NCBI GenBank assembly: GCA_003552185.1
Contig: PUOW01000187.1
Location: forward strand, 1-61,638
Length of the DNA stretch: 61,638 nucleotides
Source of the DNA: Spirochaetaceae bacterium
GTDB taxonomy: Bacteria > Spirochaetota > Spirochaetia > DSM-27196 > SLAA01
Direction: 5' to 3'
Shown: positions 17,151-25,651 of the stretch, one piece after another
Position numbering within the stretch: position 1 is the stretch's first letter
Layout: each line of letters starts with the position of its first letter
The notes under the pieces: generated by a model
What the model was told of the DNA's origin: nothing
What the model saw: the letters and a program-made list of their open reading frames with translations, nothing else
The model's database searches: none
Position numbers and translations under genes: made by a program

Positions 17151-19853
17151 ATGGCAGAGCAGGCTCTTACCGATATCAGCGGCCTCTTAAACGAAGAGAA
17201 GTGGACCCGCGCCACGCTGAACAACTACACCGTAAATAACTTCAAGGAGCTCGATGAAATCCTTGATCAGGTGCGCGAGGAAGGCCGACAGCAGGATGTG
17301 CTCGCCGAGTGCGAGGAGCACCTGCAACATACCAAGAACAGCATCATTGCGCTTTACATCTCAGGTATTTTGCATATCTCGCGTCAGGCGGTGAACGACA
17401 CCAACCTGGTGACCCTCATCAACATCTTCGCCGACAACCACAAATGGAATATCGTCGCGTATCTCGCGAACCGCATCCTCGAGTTCGGCGAAAACAAAGC
17501 CGCGCTCCGCACACTCGCCGACTGCTACAACAACGAAAACCAGCTCGAGGACATGTACGAAGTGTGGGAGCGTCTGATCCGCGTTGATTTCGACGAAGCC
17601 GATATCGTGCGCCGGCTGGCCGAGCGCAAAGAGGAGCTCGGCGAAACCGAGCAGGCGATCGATTACTACAAGAAAGCCTTACATCGCTACATCAACAAAA
17701 AGGCGTTCAACAATCTACGCGAGGTCTGGCACAAGCTGATCCATTACGCCCCCGAGGAAACCGAGTTCTTCTATCACGCCGAGAGCAAGATCGCAAAAAC
17801 CATCAGTCCCGACCGGGCATCTCAGTTGCTCGAGGAGCTTTACCCGCATTTCAAGAACACCGAGCGCTGGGACATCGCTATAGAGCTCCTCAAGCGCATC
17901 CTGAACTACGATTCGAAGAATCCGTTCGCGCGGAAAGAGATCGTTGAGTGTTACCGCAGCAAGTACGCGCATCACAGCCACCTAGAGGAGTACGTCAAAC
18001 TTTCCAACCTCAACCAGAGCTGGCGGAACATTCACGACGCGATCACCGATTTCGAGAAGCACATCTCGTTCGACGCCGGAAACTTCGTCTACCACCGTGC
18101 CTGGGGCGTCGGCATCATCCGTTCTATCGACGACGACTCGGTCTTGATCGATTTCGCACGCAAGCGCGGGCACTCGATGTCGCTCAAGATGGCGGTGAGT
18201 TCGTTGGATATTCTCGAGAAAGACCATCTCTGGGTACTGAAGAGCATCTGGAAAAAGGAAAAGCTCCGAAAAAAGGTGAAATCCGACGTAGTCTGGACGC
18301 TGCGCACCGTGATCAAGAGCTGCGGCAACGCAGCCGATATCAAGCGCATCAAGGCCGAGCTCGTGCCTTCGATACTCACCCCCAACGAGTGGACCGCCTG
18401 GAGCGCAAAGGCTCGCAACGAACTGAAAACCAACCAAGAGTTCGGCAACCTCACCGACAAGCCCGACCACTACATGGTGCGCGAGCAGCCGATCTCGTTC
18501 GAGGAGAAAACCTTCAACAAGTTCAAGGCCGAGAAGAGTTTCTTCGACCGCGTGAAGACCATCGATGAGTTTTTGGAATACATCGAGCAAGGCGGCATCG
18601 AGGGAACCGACAGCCAGTTTTTCCGCGAGATGTTCGACTACTTCGTAGGGTTTCTACGAAGCGTCACTACCGTAAACGAGTACACGATCTCGAGTCTGCT
18701 TTTGGTTAAACGCATCGTGGCACGGTTCCCGTATCTCCATCCCGGCGATATCGACCTCGTGTTTGTATCGCTCTACGAACAGATCTCGGACCTCGAGGAC
18801 ATCTTCCGCAAAATCGAAAACAGCGAGATTCGCAAAGAGTTTCTCCAGAACTTGCGCCGAAAGGTTTCCGACTGGCCCGACCGCTACGTGCAGCTGTTTC
18901 CGTACGCGCTCACGCGCGAGATCATCACCGAGCTCGAGCGCGCCGGCCACGTCGATAAGCTGCATGAGTTGTTTCACCGCATGTACTCAAACTATCGCGA
19001 CCAGCGGGAGCCTTACATCTGGCTTGTACGGAACTGCTTTCAGGATGCGTGGTTCCAGGAGATGGAAATCCCGTTCGAAAAGGTCTTGATAAGCATGATC
19101 CATCTTCTGGATATCACCTATCGAGATATCGACAACAAGCGTGATACCACCTACAATCGTAAGCTCAACCGCCAGATTCACAACTTCCTGTTCAAAGACC
19201 GCCACGTTGCACGCTTCCTCTCGGAGGCCGAAGAGGCTTCCTTGACACGGATCTACACTCTGGTGAGCGACGTCAAGGACCTAGACCCCTCTATTCGCAT
19301 CGAGCTCAAGCAGATTATTCTCGACCGCTTCCCGAACTTCAAGTTCTACGGCGAGCAGGAGACCGAGACCGTAAGCCGCGGCTTCATTACAACGCCGAAG
19401 TCGTTCGAGGCTAAGCAGAAGCAACTGCAGCATATTCAGGAAGTGGAGGTTCCCGAGAACTCGAAAGAGATCAGCGCGGCGCTGGCGCTCGGCGACCTCA
19501 AGGAGAACGCGGAGTACAAGGCGGCAAAGGAGCGCCAAGACTTCCTGAACTCCACCGCCGCCCGGCTGAAGGAGGAGCTCGAGACCGCCGAGGTGATGCG
19601 CCCCGACGAGATCAAAGCCGACGCTGTTGCGTTCGGAACTCGTGTGCAGCTCAAAAACAACCGCACCGGCGAGACCGAGATATACACCATTCTTGGACCG
19701 TGGGAGTCTAACCCTGAGGAGGCGGTAATCTCTTACCTCTCACCGCTCGGGAGCAAACTATACAACCATGTTCCCGGCGACCATCTGCAGTTCGAGATCA
19801 ACGAGCGTACATACGACTATCTCGTTGAAGACGTAACGGCCGCGGAGTTCTAA
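17151..19853 (+). CDS. greA: transcription elongation factor GreA, long spirochaete-type form
   Basis: 900 aa. Only the last ~155 aa are GreA-like (LGDLKENAEYKAAKERQDFL..., FGTRVQLKN...EIYTILGP..., ISYLSPLGSKL). About 745 aa of helical N-terminal extension precede it. GreA of about this size is known from Borrelia and Treponema. Confidence 0.85.
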   Translation: MAEQALTDISGLLNEEKWTRATLNNYTVNNFKELDEILDQVREEGRQQDVLAECEEHLQHTKNSIIALYISGILHISRQAVNDTNLVTLINIFADNHKWNIVAYLANRILEFGENKAALRTLADCYNNENQLEDMYEVWERLIRVDFDEADIVRRLAERKEELGETEQAIDYYKKALHRYINKKAFNNLREVWHKLIHYAPEETEFFYHAESKIAKTISPDRASQLLEELYPHFKNTERWDIAIELLKRILNYDSKNPFARKEIVECYRSKYAHHSHLEEYVKLSNLNQSWRNIHDAITDFEKHISFDAGNFVYHRAWGVGIIRSIDDDSVLIDFARKRGHSMSLKMAVSSLDILEKDHLWVLKSIWKKEKLRKKVKSDVVWTLRTVIKSCGNAADIKRIKAELVPSILTPNEWTAWSAKARNELKTNQEFGNLTDKPDHYMVREQPISFEEKTFNKFKAEKSFFDRVKTIDEFLEYIEQGGIEGTDSQFFREMFDYFVGFLRSVTTVNEYTISSLLLVKRIVARFPYLHPGDIDLVFVSLYEQISDLEDIFRKIENSEIRKEFLQNLRRKVSDWPDRYVQLFPYALTREIITELERAGHVDKLHELFHRMYSNYRDQREPYIWLVRNCFQDAWFQEMEIPFEKVLISMIHLLDITYRDIDNKRDTTYNRKLNRQIHNFLFKDRHVARFLSEAEEASLTRIYTLVSDVKDLDPSIRIELKQIILDRFPNFKFYGEQETETVSRGFITTPKSFEAKQKQLQHIQEVEVPENSKEISAALALGDLKENAEYKAAKERQDFLNSTAARLKEELETAEVMRPDEIKADAVAFGTRVQLKNNRTGETEIYTILGPWESNPEEAVISYLSPLGSKLYNHVPGDHLQFEINERTYDYLVEDVTAAEF

Positions 19854-19880
19854 CGAGCACCGCCGCGACTCCCCCGCTCG

Positions 19881-19906
19881 GCTTACGCCCCGAGCTTACG
19901 CCCCGA
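19881..19906. repeat. perfect 13-bp tandem duplication (gcttacgccccga x2) spanning the stop codon of the HEAT-repeat gene
   Basis: Read directly. Copy 1 is 19881..19893 and copy 2 is 19894..19906. The first copy also forms the hairpin GCTCGG-N8-CCGAGC (19876..19895) in the convergent greA/HEAT-gene spacer. Confidence 0.7.
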
Positions 19907-21656
19907 GCTGCTCAAGCGCCGCCTGCGCGCTGCGTTTGAGCGCCGGGTGCGAATCGTCTTCGGCCCGCCGCTCGAGTTCGTCCCGAAACCGGCTCAGTTC
20001 GTTGAGCCCGATACCGCGTACCGCGTAGATCTGCATCACGAAGTTCGGATGCTCGAGTAAGCGCTCGTAAAACTCGCTCGCCGCATCGTGCTCGGTCTCG
20101 GAAAGCCTGCGCGCGAGGTGGTCGAGCACGCGCGAATTACTTGTGCTCCACTCCTCTTCCATTACCTCAAGCAGCACACCGGTCGCATCCTCGAGGTGGT
20201 CCGCCACCAGGGCGTTCGCGATACGGTTCCGCAGCTCCACCGGCGTCCGTGCGCTACGATACTGCTCTTGGAGGAACGAAATCGCTTCATCGTTGCCGAT
20301 CTTTGAAAGCGCCCCAACCGCGGCTGTCCTAACCTGCATATCCGGATCGCGACGCACCTGAAAGATCAAGGCGGGCACTGCGTCCTCTACCTCGTTGCGC
20401 CCGAGTCCTTCGATCGCAAAGCGCCGCACCAACGGGTTTGAGTCGCGGATCGCGCGTCGCAGCGTATCAACCGATTCGTCGTCGCGGAAGCGAGCAAGTC
20501 CACCGATCGCGTAGGCTTTGAGCGCGGTGTCGTCGGACTCGGCGGCGCTGCGAAGCGCCGGCAGGCCACGCTCATCGCCGGTGCGCCCGAGACCGTCGGC
20601 AGCGTACCGCCTCAGCACGCTGCCGTAGATCGGGTCTTCGAGAATCTGCACCAGAAACGGCACCGCCTCTTCGCTACCGATGTCGCCCAGCGCAAGCAGT
20701 ATCTCGCCTTGCAGTTGCTGCGATCCCGACGGCAGCTCGTTGAAGAGCTCGGCCAAGCCACGGGCTTCATCGGTATCCCCGAACTCGCCGATCGCGCGCA
20801 CCGCGACCTGAGCAGTGCGGATCGACCGTGTAGTGATGAGCTCGAACATCGCCGGTGCCCGCCGTTCAGCCTGCTCGGGGTCGTCGGGCTCAACATCGCG
20901 CAGATAGCGCACCGCTTCGCGAACGACCTCACCGTCGAGATCCTGTTGCAAGATCTCGAGCGCAATCTCAGCCCCGGATGCATCGCCGACCGTGCGCAGA
21001 TACTCAAAAGCCTTCGTGCGCACCTCGTCATTGCGCGTCTCTTCGAGAATGGCCGCGGTCTCTTCGCCGAGACCGTCTTGCTCGGCGGCAATCATGCCGC
21101 TCAGTGCCTCTATTACGAGATCGTCGATACCATAGAGCAGGGCCGCGCGCCACTCCGCAACACGCGCATCCTCTTCATCGTCTTCGCCATGCTCGAGAAC
21201 CGCCTCGTCGCCCGCAGGATCATCGGGTGGGGCCTCGTCGGGCTCGACCTCGTCGGTGGGCGCATCCTCATCCGCCGGCGCGTCCTCGGTGGGCGCATCC
21301 TCGGTCGGAGTCTCTTCGGGCACCGCGTCTTCCGTCGGGGCCTCCTCGTCGGGCGAATCCTCGTCGGGCGAATCCTCGTCGGCGGGCGCGTCCTCATCCG
21401 CCGGCGGGGCCTCGGCGGGCGACTCCTCGGCCGGGGTGTCCGTCGCAGGCTCGGGGTCGCCGCCGTCCTCAGGCTCGTCGGTATCGCGAAGATCGGGGTT
21501 TGCGTCGCGCGGTCCTACGTCTTCCCAGTCGTCGTCGCCCCACGGCGCTTCCGCGAGATCTGTCGGCGTTTGCGCGCGCACCACATCGGGGAGAAGGCCG
21601 AACGATCGGAATATGAGCACCGCTACAACGATAGCCCGGAAGAGGTTCCGCCTCAC
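19896..21656 (-). CDS. secreted HEAT-repeat (PBS-lyase HEAT-like) protein with acidic Pro/Asp/Glu repeat region
   Basis: 586 aa. Signal peptide (AIVVAVLIFRSFGLLPDVVRAQ), ~130 aa of PADEDAPADEDSPDEDSPDEEAPTEDA-type repeats, then multiple HEAT_PBS-like units (DSNPLVRRFAIEGLG, DPDMQVRTAAVGALSKIG). The GTG start overlaps the murJ stop (GTGA). Confidence 0.75.
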   Translation of the reverse strand: MRRNLFRAIVVAVLIFRSFGLLPDVVRAQTPTDLAEAPWGDDDWEDVGPRDANPDLRDTDEPEDGGDPEPATDTPAEESPAEAPPADEDAPADEDSPDEDSPDEEAPTEDAVPEETPTEDAPTEDAPADEDAPTDEVEPDEAPPDDPAGDEAVLEHGEDDEEDARVAEWRAALLYGIDDLVIEALSGMIAAEQDGLGEETAAILEETRNDEVRTKAFEYLRTVGDASGAEIALEILQQDLDGEVVREAVRYLRDVEPDDPEQAERRAPAMFELITTRSIRTAQVAVRAIGEFGDTDEARGLAELFNELPSGSQQLQGEILLALGDIGSEEAVPFLVQILEDPIYGSVLRRYAADGLGRTGDERGLPALRSAAESDDTALKAYAIGGLARFRDDESVDTLRRAIRDSNPLVRRFAIEGLGRNEVEDAVPALIFQVRRDPDMQVRTAAVGALSKIGNDEAISFLQEQYRSARTPVELRNRIANALVADHLEDATGVLLEVMEEEWSTSNSRVLDHLARRLSETEHDAASEFYERLLEHPNFVMQIYAVRGIGLNELSRFRDELERRAEDDSHPALKRSAQAALEQLGA

Positions 21657-23227
21657 TGTTTTTTTCTCCTCGAGAGCATAGTTTGCACGAACTCAACCCG
21701 CAACGCCAGGTACATCAGCATTACGATCGCGACGCTGGGAACCCCAACCGCGCTCAGGCGTCCGAAATTCGCGAGGGTGCTGCCGTGTACCCACCACTCG
21801 CCGGTGAGCGCGCGAAACGCAATGATGAACGCCGCTAAAGGTATCACAGTCAAGGCCGCTTTCCCGACCGTTACCCCGAAAGCACGCAACGGGATCCCGC
21901 CCAACGCGCGGTACGCGGCGTGAAACAGTAAGAGCCCGCCGAGCGTAAACGCCACCGAGTTCGCGATCGAGAGCCCCACAACGCGTAACGCCGTTTCTTT
22001 GAGCCACAACGACAACGCAACATCTACAACTAGTGTTATTATCGCCACGCGCAGGGGTGTCTTGTAGTCTCCCGAAGCGTAAAAGAACCGCTGGAGAAAG
22101 GTAAACGCCCCGACACTGAACAACCCAAAGCAGTACCCAACGAGCACCCGAGACGCCAACTCGGTGTACTGGACCTCGAACGCCCCTCGCTGAAGCGCAA
22201 CCGCGATGATCTCGCGCCCAAGTAGCGCTAAGATCACCGCCGCGGGAATCAACAGCGCAAAGAGGTATCGCAGCCCGTACTCCACCGATCGCCGCAACCC
22301 CGCGGTGTCGTTCTGCGCAAACTCACGACTCATCCGTGGAAATAGAACCGTCGTGATCGAGGCGCTGAATATGCCGAACGGCAGTTGCCAAAACGTGAGC
22401 GCGTTCGTCATCGCGGAGCCGCTTCCGTCTTCCAGACCGCTCGCGAAGAACAATGCCACTTGCTGATTTATCGTGAAGATCGAGGCCGCCGCCACAACCG
22501 GAAGCCATTGCCTCAGTATGCGACGGAACTCGGGGTTGTCGAAGCGAAACGAGAGGCGAAAATCGTAGCCGAGGCGAAAAAAAGCCGGACTCTGCACCGC
22601 TACCTGTAGAACTCCCCCGACCAGCACCCCCACCGCCATAGAGTACACCCCCAACCGACGATGCAGCGTCAAGATCGAAACGATCACCGCAATCGAAAAG
22701 AAAAGCGGCATTACCGCCGGCACGAAAAAGCGGTTATGCGCGTTCAGTGTTCCGACGAGCACCGCGCTCACGCTGATCAACAACAGGTAGTTGATCAGGT
22801 ATCGGAATAGATCCGCCGCGAGTGCCTGTCGCGCGGCTTCCGGGAAGTCTAGAATCGTGTTGATGATCGGTGTCGCGAACACCACCGAGAGCGCCAGCAC
22901 CGGTAGAAGTATCACAAACTGTAACGCCAGGATGTTCCGCACCAAGGCTCGAGGCTTCGGGCCGTCGGGATCGCGCACGATCTCCTGCGAAAGAACCGGT
23001 ATAAACGCCGAAGAAAGCGCCCCCTCGGCGAGAAGTTTTCTTAAGTTGTTAGGAATATTGAACACAAGATTCAAGACATCCGCCTCACCCGAGGCTCCGA
23101 ACACCGCTCCGATCACCGCGATCCGTGCAAACCCAAGCAGCCGAGAAGCGAAGGTGGAAACCATCACCACCACGGTGGAGATCGTGCTGCTGCGAAGAGA
23201 CGGTTCCTCCGCCGGTCGCTTACTCAC
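21653..23227 (-). CDS. murJ: lipid II flippase MurJ/MviN
   Basis: SRLLGFARIAVIGAVFGASGEADVLNLVFNIPNNLRKLLAEGALSSAFIPVLS is the MurJ N-terminal signature, followed by ~14 TM segments. The track start at 23356 would overlap tgt by 137 nt. I prefer GTG 23227 behind a GGAGG SD, overlapping the tgt stop by 8 nt (GTGAGTAA). Confidence 0.85.
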   Translation of the reverse strand: MSKRPAEEPSLRSSTISTVVVMVSTFASRLLGFARIAVIGAVFGASGEADVLNLVFNIPNNLRKLLAEGALSSAFIPVLSQEIVRDPDGPKPRALVRNILALQFVILLPVLALSVVFATPIINTILDFPEAARQALAADLFRYLINYLLLISVSAVLVGTLNAHNRFFVPAVMPLFFSIAVIVSILTLHRRLGVYSMAVGVLVGGVLQVAVQSPAFFRLGYDFRLSFRFDNPEFRRILRQWLPVVAAASIFTINQQVALFFASGLEDGSGSAMTNALTFWQLPFGIFSASITTVLFPRMSREFAQNDTAGLRRSVEYGLRYLFALLIPAAVILALLGREIIAVALQRGAFEVQYTELASRVLVGYCFGLFSVGAFTFLQRFFYASGDYKTPLRVAIITLVVDVALSLWLKETALRVVGLSIANSVAFTLGGLLLFHAAYRALGGIPLRAFGVTVGKAALTVIPLAAFIIAFRALTGEWWVHGSTLANFGRLSAVGVPSVAIVMLMYLALRVEFVQTMLSRRKKQ

Positions 23228-24383
23228 CCAGCCCTCCGTGGAGCTCGAACCGCCGCTCGTTCTCTTGAGACCCGGCGTTGTAGCGCTCGAGAAAGGCCTG
23301 CTTGAACGATGGAAACACATCGCGCTCGATCGCCTCGCGGGCCCGCTCCACAACACGACTCATGAAGCGGAGGTTATGACGGCTCACAAGCACCGGCCCG
23401 AGCAGCTCGCCCGCCTTGAAGAGGTGGCGCAGATAGGACCGCGAGTAGGTTCGGCAGGTCTCGCAGTCGCACTCGGGCTCTATAGCTTCGTGTGAGTTCA
23501 CGTGCGCGGCGTGTTTCAACACCACCCGCCCGCGGTCGGTGAATGCCAGCCCGTTCCGTCCGGCGCGGGTCGGAAAGACGCAGTCGAACATATCAACCCC
23601 ATGCTCGATTGCGGTCAAGACATACTCTGCGGTTCCGATGCCCATGACGTAGCGCGGTTTCTCGCGCGGGAGCACGGCTGCGGTTTCAGCCACGAATTCC
23701 GCGAACACCTCGAACGGTTCGCCGACCGATAACCCGCCGATCGCGATTCCGGGCAGATCAAGCTCACAGATCGCGCTCGCGCTCTCCCGACGCAGGTCGT
23801 GGTAAAAGTTACCCTGGACGATCGGAAACAGCCGGCCTTGGTACCCCGTCTCGATCGCCCGCCACGCCTCTGCGGCACGCTTGGCCCAGTCGGTAGTGAT
23901 ACGCACCGCGCGCTCGGCCTCGGCGCGATCCACCTCGAACCCGGTGCAGTAATCGAGCGCCATCTGAATATCGCTGCCGAACACTCGCTGTATCTCAACC
24001 ACCTTTTCGGGCGTCAGCAGGTGCCGCGAGCCGTCGATGTGCGACTGAAACTCTACGCCGTCGTCGCGCATCTTACGCAACCGCGAGAGCGAAAACACTT
24101 GAAAGCCGCCTGAATCGGTCAGGATGTTGTGAGGCCACCCGGTGAAACCGTGCAGCCCCCCGAAGCCCTCCAGCACCTCGAGTCCGGGCCGAAGGTAGAG
24201 GTGATAGGTATTGCCGAGTATCAACCGAAAGCCGAGCTCCGCAACCTGCCTCGGTTCTAAGCCCTTGACCGAACCCGCCGTGCCGACCGGCATGAACGCG
24301 GGAGTCCGCAGCGCACCGTGAGCCAACACGAGCTCGCCTGTGCGAGCCGCGCAACCCGCGTCTTGATGATGGATGCTAAACAA
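23220..24383 (-). CDS. tgt: queuine tRNA-ribosyltransferase (tRNA-guanine transglycosylase)
   Basis: 387 aa. RTPAFMPVGTAGSVKGL, LGNTYHL, ILTDSGGFQVFSL, and the Zn site CDCETCRTYSRSYLRHL. TTG start. Confidence 0.95.
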   Translation of the reverse strand: MFSIHHQDAGCAARTGELVLAHGALRTPAFMPVGTAGSVKGLEPRQVAELGFRLILGNTYHLYLRPGLEVLEGFGGLHGFTGWPHNILTDSGGFQVFSLSRLRKMRDDGVEFQSHIDGSRHLLTPEKVVEIQRVFGSDIQMALDYCTGFEVDRAEAERAVRITTDWAKRAAEAWRAIETGYQGRLFPIVQGNFYHDLRRESASAICELDLPGIAIGGLSVGEPFEVFAEFVAETAAVLPREKPRYVMGIGTAEYVLTAIEHGVDMFDCVFPTRAGRNGLAFTDRGRVVLKHAAHVNSHEAIEPECDCETCRTYSRSYLRHLFKAGELLGPVLVSRHNLRFMSRVVERAREAIERDVFPSFKQAFLERYNAGSQENERRFELHGGLGE

Positions 24384-24410
24384 TCGCTTTACTCACTCTT
24401 AGATGGAACA

Positions 24411-24439
24411 ACATTACGCTGCGCGCTGGGGACCCGCAA
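24411..24439 (-). promoter_or_regulatory. candidate sigma-70-type promoter for tgt-murJ-HEAT operon
   Basis: Minus strand has TTGCGG (24439..24434), 17 nt, TAATGT (24416..24411), ~28 nt upstream of the tgt TTG start. Pattern match only. Confidence 0.3.
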
Positions 24440-24442
24440 GGC

Positions 24443-24470
24443 CTGCTAAGCCGGACCTGCTAAGCCGGAC
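24443..24470. repeat. perfect 14-bp tandem direct repeat (ctgctaagccggac x2) just upstream of the tgt -35
   Basis: Read directly from the sequence. It is followed by a second imperfect duplication, ccggcgaa...ccggcgaa (24470..24491). Confidence 0.8.
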
Positions 24471-24558
24471 CGGCGAAACGGAACCGGCGAAGCGGGCGGC
24501 CTACAACGCGGCGCAGCACGGCCTTGTACGACGCGTGATCCGAGGTTCGGCTCCCGCC

Positions 24559-25644
24559 TCAGGTGCGGGCGTGACGGAACATCAACACACCGAGACCCAG
24601 AAACACCAGCACCGGAGCCCAGGCTCCCCACAGCGGCTCAACGCTACCGGAAACCGCAAGGAGATTCAAGACCATACGCGCTACGTAGTACACCACCCCC
24701 AGCGAAACCGAGGTAAGCAGACTTCCGAGTAACACATTCTTTCGCAGTCGTGATCCCACCCCGGTTGCGAACAACGCCATCAAGAACGGCGTCGTTGCGA
24801 ACGCGTAGCGCTCGTACAGCTCACTCGCCTGCCGACGGTACGGCAGCCCGGCTTCCCGCAGCGACTCCACCCAGTCGTGCGCTTCATCGAGCGGCATCTC
24901 TCCGACATTTCGCGTCACGCGCGCGAACACCCGTGGCGGGGTATCAAACCGCGGGTCGCTGTACCGCTCGTGCTCCTCACGCTCGAACCGCCGACCGTCG
25001 TCACCGGCGCGCAGATATCGCTTCGCCTCGCTAAACTCCCAATACTCGCCGGTCCATTGTGCCGAGGCCGCGTCGATGCGCTCCTCGAGTTCCCCGGCGC
25101 GATTGCGCACCACAACGAGCAGTCCCGACAAGGTTCGGCGATCGGCGTTGTAAAAATCTGCGATATACACGACACGGTTTGCGTCGCCCAAAACCGCCAC
25201 GTCCGGATTGCTGAAATCGCGATGCGCCTGCAGCAACTCTCGTTGTAAGGTGTTTTTCCGCCGATAGCTCTCGATTACCACGCCCTCTTCGAACAGAAAG
25301 CCGAGCACGCTAAGCAAGGCGCCCGCAACGAGGACAGGCGCCACAAAGCGCCGTAGCGACATGCCGCCGGCGAATACCGAGATCAACTCGTTTCTGCTAT
25401 ACATGATCCCGAGCGTGTAGCTGACGCCGAACAGCACCGAAAGCGGCAACGCAAGCGAGATCGATTTCGGGAGGTACAGCAGCTGCACCCGCAGAACCGC
25501 CGCCGCCGGAATCTCGAGCGAGAGATACCTGCCGATATTCGCGAAGAGCTCGATCACGTGCAGCAGCAGCACGAAGAAACTCAAACTCACGAAAACACCG
25601 GTGAGCAACTGCTTCAGGATGAACCGATCAAGCGTAACGATCAT
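24559..25644 (-). CDS. lptG: LPS export ABC transporter permease, LptG-like (YjgP/YjgQ family)
   Basis: 361 aa. It has the MIVTLDRFILKQLL... start typical of the YjgP/YjgQ family, 6 TM segments and a central periplasmic domain. It is second of two adjacent family members. Confidence 0.75.
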   Translation of the reverse strand: MIVTLDRFILKQLLTGVFVSLSFFVLLLHVIELFANIGRYLSLEIPAAAVLRVQLLYLPKSISLALPLSVLFGVSYTLGIMYSRNELISVFAGGMSLRRFVAPVLVAGALLSVLGFLFEEGVVIESYRRKNTLQRELLQAHRDFSNPDVAVLGDANRVVYIADFYNADRRTLSGLLVVVRNRAGELEERIDAASAQWTGEYWEFSEAKRYLRAGDDGRRFEREEHERYSDPRFDTPPRVFARVTRNVGEMPLDEAHDWVESLREAGLPYRRQASELYERYAFATTPFLMALFATGVGSRLRKNVLLGSLLTSVSLGVVYYVARMVLNLLAVSGSVEPLWGAWAPVLVFLGLGVLMFRHART

Positions 25645-25651
25645 ACAACAC

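Noticed and set aside
20709-21923. 404-aa plus-strand ORF and several 150-250-aa ORFs over the HEAT-repeat gene
   Set aside because: These are shadow ORFs of the acidic repeat region (poly-Arg/Gly/Leu translations of the GA-rich complement). The minus-strand gene has a signal peptide, HEAT repeats and operon context.
23228-23356. 43-aa N-terminal extension of murJ overlapping tgt
   Set aside because: The Ser/Arg-rich extension has no counterpart in MurJ. GTG 23227 with a GGAGG SD gives the usual ~525-aa protein and a typical 8-nt stop/start overlap.
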